Made by a program: the position numbers and the translations under genes. Shown here one piece after another: positions 12,991-25,391 of a stretch of DNA of 64,000 nt. The DNA comes from Lama guanicoe. Taxonomy: Eukaryota. Each line of letters opens with the position of its first letter. Position 1 is the first letter of the stretch. The stretch is from assembly GCA_013239625.1 (NCBI GenBank), contig MU053513.1, positions 1,352,927 through 1,416,926 of the forward strand. Direction: 5' to 3'. The notes under the pieces are model-generated. The model saw only the letters and a list, made by a program, of their open reading frames with translations. It ran no database searches and was not told the DNA's origin.

Positions 12991-13539
12991 AACCAAGTCT
13001 TACAGGTAAGAATCTTGGAAACATGTTTTTTCCTCTATTGAGAAACATTATTAGTCTTCTGGTCAACCATTTAGACATAATTCCAAATTGTTGTGTTGAA
13101 TAAAAAGAGTAATTTCACAGGAATTTATATCTCAAATCTTATCAGTGTTTTATTCCAAATGCCTAAGTGAAAATGAACATTGCTGCCATTTATGAAGTTG
13201 ATTATCATTCCACACATTTGATAAAGACAATGCTAAACAGCACTGTTCTTTACATTGTGGAAGGTGGACGTCACTCACCGAGAGATCTTTCTCTACTATG
13301 CAGTACCAAAAACAACCTACACATTTCCAAAAGTCATTCCATGGGAAGCAATGCCCTCATCCTACCTTGCCCATCCTACTTGCATGTCTAAGTGTTAAAT
13401 GTAATAAAAAATGCAATTCTTCCATACACATTGATCACCTTATCTAATACATGAATTCCTAGAAAGTTCCACATAAATTGATTCATTTAAATGGAGCGGA
13501 GCACTTGAAGAAAATCTTTGGCAAATCCTTCCATAATAA

Positions 13540-13770
13540 AGAATATTAATATTTATTGAGCACTTATTATGTGCCAGGTATTAAGCTGAGTGCTTTATAC
13601 GCATTATCTCATTGAATGCTCCAAACATCTCAATGACGTAAACAATGTTATTAAATCCAATTTATTGATGTGGAAATTTAAGAAACATTAGATAACTTGC
13701 CCAAAGGCCCATCTGGAAAAGACAGAAGCCAAAATTTAAATCCAGATTGGTCTGCTCTTGAACACTAGCT
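13540..13770 (-). mobile_element. MIR SINE
   Basis: 'atttattgagcacttattatgtgccagg...attatctcattgaatgctc...taacttgcccaaagg'. Confidence 0.75.
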
Positions 13771-16234
13771 CTTCATGATTTGGGGTTTTTTTATAATTAA
13801 TTTCCTTTAATGGAACACACCAACTGATTATTACCTATGCTTCACTTAAGAGAAAAATTCATCTTGTTTAAGTTTAAACAGCAAACTGCAAGGAATAGAG
13901 TAGGAGCTAAATAAATGTTAGTTCCCTTCGTCCCATTTGGGAAAGATTTGTTTGAGTGTCGTTTTCTTAAGAAGCTAAGTCCCAAATTATTGAAAAGGTA
14001 ACTGGTTAACGTAACAGTGGAGGTGAAAATAAAATTGTGATGGAGACACCATCTTATAATAATTCTCTTTAATCCATCTGGAAGACATATTATTATTGAA
14101 CTACTTACTCACTGCAACCTTTTTCTTATAAATGGGGGCAGTTTTATCACCATGGTTATCTGCAATTTTACTATGTGTGTTGCAAGGGGGGTGGGCAGGT
14201 CAAGTCAGCACAATTGTCTTTCTGGATGGCATCTATCCACTTGCATTTATTTGCTTCTAAAAAGGACTTCCAAATGTTGTATTTCATCCAGTTGCCTATT
14301 TCTTCAGTGATTTATTGTTTGATCTTCTAGGAAAAATTTGAATTATAAGCACAATTAAAAATGGGATCTATTTCTATGAAAGGAATGCACAGTAAATAAA
14401 ACATTGTTACAGATAAAATCTTTAATATATTATGTATTAGTGGTCCTTGAGGATTGTCTTGGAAAATTTTTTAGTCATGACCACCTTTCCAAAGCTATCT
14501 TTAAAAACAAACAAACAAAACACTTCTGTAATGGCTTCTCTCACCATCAGATAATGACTTTCCAAAGAAGTGAAGAACAATCTCCCTTCATTTATTCACT
14601 TTATGAGTACTTATTGAAAATCTGCAGTATGTCAGGCACTGTGTTAGATGCTAGGGCTACAGTAGTGAATAAAATGGACATGTACGCTACCTACGTTTCC
14701 AGAGAATTTGCCAATCTGAACAAGGTCACCTAGGCAAAAAGAGGTTCTTTTCACAAACAGCTTCAACCAAGCAACCCAAGAGACAGCTCTATGTTTTCCA
14801 AAGGATCTCTCCCAAAGGCTTTTTGTAATGAATTCGTAAGACTAGTATTGTCAGATCAAACTGTCCACCCAAAAGTTAACTAAAACAGAAGAGGCAAGTC
14901 TCCTTTAACTGACCCTGAACTGCAAAATCAGGACAAATGGTTGTCAGAAGACCTGAAAGTCTGTATAGATGAGTCACTTTGTTTGACTCAACCCTCTTAG
15001 TCATCCTTACTGTAACAAGTCATTACATAATGTCATATTTCTTAGTTTACTCCAGATCTATGACAATACTGCTACTCTTCCAATTTAAATTATTTAAGGA
15101 CACACCATTGAGTCAAGTTCTCCTCAAGAAATTAGTCACCTAGAGCAATTACTTCAGATTTTTCCAGGCTGTAGATTAGTCCAAATTATTCCTTCTCTAA
15201 CTCCCTTCTTCCTTCCTTTTCCTGTCCCCCAAATATAACTACATAAATGCTCTTCCCAAGGTATTGTCTAGTTCCCCCTTATTTTTCTTCACTTTCAACC
15301 ACCTCCACATCTATAGTTTCAAAAACCACACTTCAGAGGTGATTCTTGGTTTAGTATCACTCATTCAGTCCTTTCCTCCTGGGAACAGTGTGATTGCTGC
15401 TGAAGAAGCTTGAGTCAGAAGGGACTTTGAACTGCTGTCCAGCAGCCTGGAGGTGAGATGGGGATGTGGCATTGGAAGAGTTTAAGCCAGGGACATGTTC
15501 AGCGGTCACACAGGGGCCAAGCAATCACAAGAAGGAATTAGTAAGAAATTGTGATGAACTAGCCGGATGCATGATTCAGCGATCAGGCAAAAGGGGTTAA
15601 GGTTGGTCTGCCCTGGCTGCAGAAACTGGGATTTGGGATAAATCCCAGTGAATACGATTGTCCATTTCCCTTTCCCTTCCTTTCCTTTCCTGACCAATTC
15701 TGTTCTACAGCCATGAGTGGGGCATAACAATATAGTTATTCATGCTGAAAATAGGCAGTAGTCATGGTGACCCTGAAAGGTTGTTAAATTCTAAACAGCA
15801 TGAGGAAGGCATCTATCCAGAGAGGCAGACTACTGTGGGGTAACATTATCTGAACAGATTAAGGAGGGCAACAATGTGGAGGGGAGAATGTATGAGTAAA
15901 GCATCTAGACTGGGGGTGAAGAGGGTGGCCCAGCATGAGTAGTCAAAGCTTGAGCAATGTACAGAGGCATCCATGTGAAGAAGTTTATGGGGAGGTACAG
16001 CCTGGCATTGGTTATCGGAGCCCACGGAAATGTAGAAGGGAACCTGACACATAGTGTCAAGGTCTGGCTGGGCCAGGGGGACATCTATGCAGGGGAAGAG
16101 TCCCAAGGTTGACAACAGCCCACTCGTGGACCGGGTCACATCACAGCCAAATCTTGTCTTTTAAATACTATTATCCACTCAGTAGAACTTCCCTTTGTGT
16201 CTTTGTTCATTTTGAAAGAATGTTTTGCAATGAA

Positions 16235-17970
16235 AATGCAATGTTTTGTAGTTTTCAGCGTACAAACCCTTTGCCTCCTCGGTTAACTTTATTCCTCAGG
16301 ACTTTATTTTTTTATGCTGTTGTGAATAGGATTGTTTTCCTAATTAGCTTTATTGATAGTATATTGCTAGTGTACAGAAATAAAAGTAATTTTGGTATTT
16401 GATTTTGTTATATCCTGCAACTTTAATAAATTCACTTATTAGTTCTAACAAGGTTGTGTGTGTGTGTGTGTATAATCTTTATGGTTTTCTACATTAAAGA
16501 TAATGTCATCAGTAAACAGAAATTATTTTATTTCTTCCTTTCCAATTTCGATTCTTTTTATTATTTCTTTTTCTTGCCTAATTGCTCTGGTTTGGACTTC
16601 GAGTCCTATGCTGAAGTAACAAGAACAGACAATTTTGCCTTGTTCCTGATCTTAGAGGAAAAGCTTTCGGTTTTTCACTATGGAGTATGATGTTATCTAT
16701 GGGCTTTTGTATATGAACTTACCATATTGGGGTAATTTTCTTCTATTCCTAGTTTGTTGAGAGGTTTTATCATAAAATAGTGTTGAATTTTGTCAAATAC
16801 TTTTTCTGCATCTATGTGATCATGTGATTTTTCTCCTTCATTCTATTAATGTGGTCTATCACATTGGATTTGTATGTGTTGAACCACATCTATCCCAGAT
16901 AAATCCCACTTGGTCATGGTGTATGATCCTTTTAATGTGCTGTTGAATTCAACTTGTTAGTATTTTGTTTAGGATTTTTGCATCTGTTAACTAGAGATGT
17001 TGACCTATATTTTCTTAACTTGTGGTGAATTTGACTTTGGCCATCTGAGTAATGCTAGCCTCCTGAAGTGATTTTGGAAGTCTTCCCAACTTTTCAATGT
17101 TTTAGAAGAGTTTGAGAAAGAATGGTGTTGATTATTCTTTAAATACGTGGTATAGTTCCAAGTAGAGCCATCTGGTCCCAGGCTTTCCTTTGTTGGGGGG
17201 TTTTGATCGCTAATTCAGTTTCCATACAAGTTATAGATCTGTTCAGATTTTCTGTCTCTTCATGATTCAGTTTGTAGGCTGTATGATTCTTGAATTTTAT
17301 CCATTTCTGCTAGATTATCCAGTTTGTTGGTATATAATTGTTCATAATGGTCGCTTATGATCTTTATTTCTATAATCAGTTGTAATTTCTCTTTCATTTC
17401 TGATTTTACTTATTTGAGTTTTCTTAGTAAATCAGTTCTTGTTTTCTTAGTAAGTCAGTTCTGTTTGGTACTTCTTTATATTGTCTATCTCTTTGTTCAA
17501 ATTCTTACTTTGTTCATGCATTGTTCTCCTGAACTTGGTGAGCATCTTTTTGATGGTTACTTTCAGTTCTCTGCCAGGTAAATCATGTACCTCCATTTGA
17601 CTATGGTCAGATTCTGGAGATTTGTCTGGTTCCTTTGTTTGGAATATATTTACCTGCTTCTACATCTTCCTTGATTCTCTGTGCTGGTGTCTGTTCCTTA
17701 GACAAAGCGGTCACCTCTTCATAATCTGGCCCCATAAAGGAAAAGATCCCCATGAATCAGCCTCTTCAGAGGTTCTTGAGACCTCTCAAACCTTCCTGGC
17801 TATTGACCCACTTTCTCTGTTTTTCGCAGCTCCCAGGAATCTGAGGTATGCTGGGTCCCATCAGTGCACCAGAACAAGTTAGACAGAAGCTAGTTCCTCA
17901 GGCAGCTCTCAGAAAAGTTGGATCATGGGACACTCCATCCAACTTTTCCCATCCCCAGGGAGAAGCCTAT
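16235..17970 (-). mobile_element. Old L1 (ORF2 fragment joined to ORF1/5' UTR remnants)
   Basis: Antisense ORF2 motifs 'ttcttctattcctagtttgttgagag', 'ataaatcccacttggtcatggtg' and 'ccatctggtcccaggctt'. Confidence 0.85.
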
Positions 17971-19424
17971 GTGGTGATGGGGGTTACCCCCATTACACAG
18001 AGAAGGAAACTTAAGCCCAGAGTGAGTATGCTATCTGGCTAACGTCACACACCTAATAGATTGAAGAGCTAAGACGCTCAGTCTGACTCCAAAGTCCCTG
18101 CTATTGATCATTATTACGCTTCCCCTGAGAAAGGAAGGAAAGATGAGGAAAACAGATTTAATTTCAGAAGTGAATATAAAGAATACTGAGAAAATGCTCA
18201 CCTAATGATCTTGATGTTCTGAGTCAAGTTAGAAGCACCATCTGCTCAGGCAGGGGACAAGGATGAGGCTGGGGATTGATAAAAGAAGTAGTGGCTTACA
18301 AAATCTATTTAAGACTGGAAAAGGAACCCTGCTATGGGTTAATAAAAGAATTTTTAAGCATCATCAGAGGACCAGCAGAGTTTAGAACACTCGCTCTGGT
18401 AATGGCACCATCAGTGTGGTTATGCAACATTCTTGAGCACTTCTCAGAAACCCAGAGGCAGAAACCAAGAAGACAGATCATTGATCCATTGCAGAAGGCC
18501 TGGGAAAGAGGTGAGATGGACAGTAAATGTTTTAAGGGAATTGATGATGGTGATGAGAATAGTTGCAATCATTGATTATTGGGTCCAGGCCAAATTGGAA
18601 GGGAAGCAAAGCTAATGAATGTCTACTGAGTCGAATCGTAAGAATGAAAGGTATTTTCTTCTTGGTATGTAGGTACTTTTATGTTTACCTTAACCATTTT
18701 ATTTTAAATCTTTAACTATATAAAGCAATTTTATCCCTTAGTTGAAAGTTACCTTACATTTTATCCTTTAGTTGAAAAACATATATCTATTAATTACAAA
18801 GTATGCTAGATCAAGAATCAAGAGATGTGAAACTAGTCCTGCTCTGTACTAATGAACTATGTAATCAACTAAGTCAGCCACCTTGTGTCTCAGTTTTCTT
18901 AACTGAAAAAGAAAAAGAAAGAAAATTGGATTTAATGATCTAGTAATCTGTGCTTCATTTCTTTTCATTCCATTATGAAAATAAATTACAGAAATTTTCA
19001 AGCTAGTTCTCTAGCTTTACTATAATTGGAAATTGACTTTCCCAAGTGTGTGTTAAGAGAAAACATTTTAAACCAAAAAGCTGCACAGCTTTCAATACCA
19101 ACTTCACAGTTTCAACAACCAGCAGTGAAATGATACACAAAACATAATAGAAACCATTACCCACTCAGCACCTCCATCTGCAGGGTCTCAATTGTCTTAA
19201 AGCAGAAATAATAATTCAGACAGAAACATATAAAGATAATCCCTCATCTTAAAGGTAATTAAACTAGGTTTCAATGTTAGCACCATGCTCAATGAGTCTG
19301 TATTTATTTTTTTAATTATTTAAGTTCAATTATTTTTGTTTTCATTCAATTTCCTCTTTACTCCTTTGTGTCATATAGTCCTTATCCAGAACTATAGGCA
19401 TTTGCTAATCAGTATTTACTAAAT

Positions 19425-19915
19425 GTTTTTATTTATTTTTCTTCCAGTTTTATTGAGATATAATTGATGTACAGCCCTGTATAAGTTTAAGGTATACAAC
19501 ATAACAACACAACTTAAACACATCATGAAATGATCACCACAGTAAGTTTAGTTAACAGCCATCATCTCATATAGCTACCAAGGAAAAAATATTTTTTTCC
19601 TTATGATGAGAACTTTGAGGATTTGATCTCTTAACATCTTTCATGTATAACATCAGCAGTGTTAATTGAATTAACCATGCTGTGCATCCCTAATACTTAT
19701 TTATCTTATAACTGGAAGTTTGTACCTCTTGACTGCCTTTATCTAATTCCCCCTCTCTCAACCCTCCACTTCTGGTAACCACAAATCTGGTCTCTTTTTC
19801 TCTGAGTTTGTCTGTTTGTTTGTTTGTTTTTAAAGTATGATTGACCTACAGCACTATGTTAACTCTTGGTGCACAACATAGTGGTTCAATATTTCCATAC
19901 ATTACAAAATGTATA
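19425..19915 (-). mobile_element. L1 3' end (L1MA9-like)
   Basis: 'tttattgagatataattga...cttatttatcttataactggaagtttgtacc...ctggtaaccacaaatctg'; flanked by atgttttta on both sides. Confidence 0.8.
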
Positions 19916-20089
19916 GATGTTTTTAAATTCAGAACTATTTTAAGCTTGAAGCCAATTGATTCTTTAAAACTAGTGCTTATTAAGTCCAGAGCTTCCTGGG
20001 TTGTGCTGGATGCAAAGAGGGAGAAATAGACTTAAGGGCACTTTAGTATCCCTCATAGCTGGATGGATGATGCCTGGCGGGTGTCCTTG

Positions 20090-20290
20090 ATAAAGCATGA
20101 ACTCTGGATTGAGGCAGACCTGACTCCAAATCTTAGCTCTGCTGCTTACTAGTGCTAGTGAGATCTTGGACAACTTTCCTTACACATCAAAATTTCAGTT
20201 TTTGGATTCATTAAAATGAGGAGGATTTTGTCTCCTAAATGGTGTGGTCATAAGGATTAAAGAAAGTAGTGCATATTCTAAAGGGTGTCT
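20090..20290 (+). mobile_element. MIR SINE
   Basis: 'aagcatgaactctggattgaggcagacctgactccaaatcttagctctgctgcttactag...cagtttt...taaaatgag'. Confidence 0.65.
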
Positions 20291-20905
20291 ACCAAATACC
20301 AGAAAATAAATATTTGTTCTCTCTCCAATCCTTCATGAAGGAGGTAGTAGAATATTATCTCCATGAGCATGAAGATTTACACACAAGGGACTGACATATC
20401 TCTTAAAAGGTATTCTGGGAACATGACCAGGCAAAGCTCCTTTCCACATAGGCAGTGCTGCCTCCAGTGGACTGTTGATGGAAGTACTTCCCAATTACAC
20501 AATGGATTGAAATGTTAGGAAACAAAATAGATTTTACAATTAGGAAAAAAGCCACTTTATGAGGAAATGGTTATAAATTGATTCATTAATAACCATGTTC
20601 TGGAGCTTCCTACTATGTGCAAGAGACTGTGCCTAGCATTGAGGATATAAGACGTGGTTCTGCTCTCGAAAAGATCTCGAGAAAACCACTGTGGTATTCT
20701 CACTGACCGAAGTATATTTCTGATTGCTGTGTCAAAATTCCAACTTGGGAACTCAAGTTATGTTGGCTTCAGGATTCAGATATGTTAGAATTCAGTTGTG
20801 GATAAAGATTAGGTGGACCCAGAAGAATTCTATTTACCCTAGAAATCAGGGAGCCTTTTGGAGAAAACTTCACACCAAGTTGCCACCAAAACTGCCCCAG
20901 GGATG

Positions 20906-21415
20906 CTTTTTTTCTGCTTTATTGAGATATAATTGACATGCATCACTGAATAAGTTTAAAATGTACAGCATAATGCTTTGACTTACATATATTATTAATT
21001 AATTACCTCAATAAATTTAGTTAGCATCCTTCATCTCACATAGATACAAGAAAAAGAAAAAGAAAACATTTTTTTTCCTTGTGATGAACGCTCTTTGGAT
21101 CTACTCTGAATAGATTTCTTATGTAACATACAGCAGTGCTAATTGTAATCATCCTGTTTAAAATCCTAGTACTTATTTAACTTATAACTGGATGTTTGTA
21201 CCTTTTGACCACCTTCCTTCCATTCCTTCTCTCCCAAATCTCTGCCTCTGGTAACCACAAATCTGATCTCTTTTTCTATGAGACTGGTTGGTGCGGAGGG
21301 GGTTGTTGTCTGTCTATCAGGTTGTTTGTTTGTTTAGATCCCATATGTAAATAAAGTCATACAGTATTTGTCTTTTCTGTCTGACTTACTTATCACAATG
21401 TCTTCAAGCTCTATG
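20906..21415 (-). mobile_element. L1 3' end (L1MA9-like)
   Basis: Same motifs as 19425-19915, extending to 'atacagtatttgtcttttctgtctgactta'. Confidence 0.8.
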
Positions 21416-22054
21416 GTCCAGGGATATTAATTCAGGGTTGGGGGAGATATGACTCTAAATTTATAACTGATCTGAGCCTCTGGCTTAGATCATACAGATT
21501 AAAAACTGAATTCTTGGGGAAAGAAAGCTGTAAGAAAAGAGTAATATATAAAAGAGCTATTTCACGGAACTCTCATTGGGATATTTTGAGGGAAAAGTGA
21601 CACCATTGGAGTCAGTTTAAGGAAAAAAATTCCCTTTTGATACACATTTGATACAAATATATACACACTACCTACCACAGTAGGTGCTCTATATATACAT
21701 GTGAATGAATGAATATTGAGTTTCTTCTTTCACGTTTTATCAGCTCTGGAAAATATGACTAAGACACAGTCCCCATCTTTGAAAGACTAATTATAATTAG
21801 CATTGCAAAAAAAATGTCTGAGCAAATAGTTACAGAATCACAAAGCCAGGAGAAATTCATTTTTCTGGTGGGCTTCAAGAGTTAGAGTGGATTCAAGGGC
21901 TAAAACAAGAGCTGAGCAATAAAGGGTGAGAAAAAGACCAGAGGAGGCAGCCAGGTGAGAGAAGAACACAAACAAGAGACCTGGAAAGTCTCATGAATTC
22001 GGAGCAATACTAGCTCACTAACAGAAGTAGAGGATTAGGGCTTCCTTCTACACT

Positions 22055-22741
22055 GATGGAAGAGAATAGAAAAAAAATGTTGGTAAGGATAACTCATTTT
22101 TGACGTGTTTCCCCCCACTGTCCTGACATATTCACATCATTCCATTACTGACCATATAAAGATTTTGAATTTCTACTTTCTAAAGCTTAGAAAGCCCTCT
22201 CTAAACATAAATTATATACATTGAACAGAGTCAATATGTATTTTCCTTGGGAAAGATTTTTTTCCAAGGAGGCACCTTCATCCTGCCAACTAAAAATTGG
22301 CACTTGCCATCTAACTCTGCTTGGATTAAATCACAAGCCGCTGCAGCCACTGACCTCCGACACATCCTGAAAGGAGTTCAGGATGGAGGCCAGGAATGAG
22401 GTGCTCTGGGTTCTGGGAAAACTGGCAGAACAGGTCTTCAGGTACTGAGATTTTTGGAGAAGATTTATGAGCCCAAATCTTTGTATCTCCTCATATCCAG
22501 AAAAGTACTAAAATCATTAACAATGACGTCTGCTCCTACTGTCTAGCTGCAGCCTCTGCCTAAATGTGTGCTTGACTGCATCTCCCCCTTCACTGAAATC
22601 ATGTGTAATACTGACATTCCTCCCTGCCTCATCAAAGCAGTTCCTCAGAGCTATCTAGATGCTGTCTCCCAGGCTATAGTCCTCATTTTGCCCCAAATAA
22701 AACCAACCCACAACACTACATTGTGTGATTTTCAGTCAACA
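22055..22741 (+). mobile_element. ERV1-type solo LTR (5' boundary uncertain)
   Basis: LTR-like 3' end 'gctgtctcccaggctatagtcctcattttgccccaaataaaa...tcagtcaaca' with AATAAA and terminal CA. Confidence 0.65.
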
Positions 22742-22847
22742 ATCCCTTGTGTGACTCCTTACCGGGACCACCCTACAGATTCTCCAGTTAAGCCTCTACA
22801 AATGGGTACGTCAGGGTCACCTATTTCCTTACGCAGTAGAGTCCAAG

Positions 22848-23419
22848 TGTTAGGCAGTTAGACATAAATGAGCACTGGGCAAGGGGGAGAAGAAAGGGGA
22901 GGGAACAATCCGGAAGACAACAGTATGCCTGCACGCAGGATAAGGGGCTTCGAAGAGTTTTACTTTCTCTAAGTGAGTGCCAACAAAGAAGCCAGTTAGA
23001 ATCGGACTCTGCGGCTGAGCAGCAGAGAGAAGGATTTGACTCTACATAACCCAGTGTTCATGATTATGTAATGAGCATTGTGGTTTGGGCCCCCTCAGGT
23101 AGGTTCTCCCTGTGTGCATCCTGGGTCAGAGCATGCGCAAAAGAGACAAACATGCCTGAGCACTCAAGGACGTGAGCCGTCAGTCAATCAAGAGAACTCC
23201 CCTAAGCCAGGATACACGGCAGGAGAAACAGAGGAGCAGTGCGATTTCCCTCTCTTGGGTTGGCCCACCTTCAGTTCTCGAAGATCTACTGTACTTCACT
23301 AACTTTTTCTCTACTAATAAAATTCTCTGCTTACAACAATGCTTTCAGTCTCCCATTTGAATTCTTTTCTCTTGGATAAGACAAAGAACCGAGGTCTTTT
23401 TCTTCTCCTCGAGGTAACA
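22848..23419 (+). mobile_element. ERV1-type solo LTR
   Basis: Inverted ends tgtta...taaca, AATAAA near 23316, 4-bp TSD caag/ccag (1 mismatch). Confidence 0.8.
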
Positions 23420-23451
23420 CCAGCAATGTTATCACTACACCATACTCAAAC

Positions 23452-23850
23452 ATGGAAGAGAATTGGAAGAAAAAGAAGAAGGGGATAGGGAAGAAGAACA
23501 GAGTGTGGAGGAAAAGAAGAAGGGAGGTGGAGGTGGGAGGAAAGGAGAAAGGAAGATGGAGAGAGAGGGAGAGATAAAAGCTGAAAGATAAGGGGCGAGT
23601 AAGAGATAGAAGAGGAAAAGAAGAGAGGAGAAGGTGAGGCAGAAAGAGACAAAGGGAACAAGTGGAAGGAAGAGAGAATGGAGAGGAAGAGAGAAAAGGG
23701 GAAAAGTAGAAATAAGAAAGAGGTGAGAAGATAAAAGAAAGAGAGAAGGGGAGAGAGAAGAAGAAAAGGAGAGGGGACAAGGGAGGAGAGAGAAAAAAGA
23801 AGAGGAAAAGAAAAAAAAAGAGGGAAAAAAAGAGAGAGAGAGTAAAGAGT
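23452..23850 (+). repeat. About 400-bp GA-rich low-complexity (polypurine) tract
   Basis: Read directly: almost exclusively A/G on the + strand. Confidence 0.9.
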
Positions 23851-25391
23851 TGACCTGATGAGGACTAGTGGTTATACCTTTGGAATAAATGTATGTGTCT
23901 CTATAAATAAGGTTTAAGTGAAAAATTTGAGCCTAATAGAATCAGGACAACTTTGGGATTCATTTGCTAAGAAAATTAAATTCTTGTCTAGTTTTACACA
24001 CTTGTTTTGAGCATTATTTTCTAGTAAACTTTAAATTTACTAATAAATACCTAATATATTCCACTCTTTAGAAGCATATATTTACCCTTCCATTGGCTTA
24101 CATTTTTTATTTGTGTCCTTTAAGAGAAGTATCTCTAGATTTTTATTCCAAAGAATTTCAGAGAAAACAAATCTGTCAGAGATTAACTTTGGAATAGGTT
24201 TGTTCTTCTTACATAATTTTGACAATTTCTCAAGCTGTACATGGAAACTTACAAAATTTTAACTTTTTTTGGAGAGCTCTATCCAGAGTCTACGTGCTGA
24301 CACGGCTGATCTTTTTGGTATGCGCGGTTACTCATTATTAACTAATTTCTATCAGCAAGCCATCTAAGGAGATAACAGTAAATCGGCATTTCATTGCAAA
24401 ATATATTGCTTTATTAAATAAATAAGGAGAAACATTCTTCAAAGATAACTAATGTAAAATCTAAGACATTCTGCTACTTTTCACTTAAAATCTACTTTCA
24501 AGGTAAAGTGCATCTTCACTTTAAGCATCTAAGAACTAAAACTAGAGAACTTGTTAAGCACAAGTTTTTTAAATGTTTTAAATTTGCAGTATCTCAGTCT
24601 GTTCAATAAAAAACTCAAATGTTCAGTCCTACTACCAAATCACCATCAATAAAAACAAATATTGCAAAATAAAAATTTTTTTGAATCAGATGATTTTTAC
24701 AAATTCAAAAACAAAATTATCTTTCTATTCTATCTCAAAGAAAATCTTGAAGCCTGAAATAGAAACCTAGACTTTTAAAATATGACACTCTAAATCTAAT
24801 TGTTTTACATCAAATTAGCAGTTTCTTCAAAAGAAGAAAATAATTATAATTATTAGACTATTTTTTTTTTATTTTTTAACCTGGAAAATATTTAGTGATG
24901 TTATGAAATCCTACCTCCAACAATGGAGAAAGTATGACAACCATAGAAACAAACATTAGCAACATCAAAGAAAACACTGGCAAAGCCCATAAAGAAATTT
25001 TGAATTTGCTTCTCTTTTCAGAGGTTCACCACCCCCTCAAAGGCACTGACTGGTTTCCATAATTACTCACATTGACATCACTTAGCCAACCTAGTATTGT
25101 GGCAGTTTTGATTTCTATGTTAGATTTCAGTGCCAGAGAATATTCAGATTATATTATCCCATGTATTTTTAGAGTGAAAATGGTAAACAACTATTTTTCC
25201 AAAGATGTCTTCATCTTTTTGATTAATATTTTGCCATAATTTTTAAATTTTCCAAATTTTTCAGTCTTCACATAATTGAAATTTAAAATGAGTCTCCAGA
25301 ACTGAAACCAGTTTTCGTTGAACTCAACTAATCTCAAAGAGGCTTTGAACTAAGACTTTAAATTAGTCACTCAAAGAGCTATTGTCATGAT

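Noticed and set aside
17418..17462. 22-bp tandem duplication inside an L1
   Set aside because: A local duplication near a deletion junction in a dead element; no functional evidence.
18728..18777. 20-bp direct repeat attttatcc(c/t)ttagttgaaa with a 30-bp period
   Set aside because: Only two copies; an ordinary micro-duplication, not an array.
23331..23780. 149-aa and 71-aa S/L/F-rich ORFs
   Set aside because: Translation artefacts of the complement of the GA-rich low-complexity tract.
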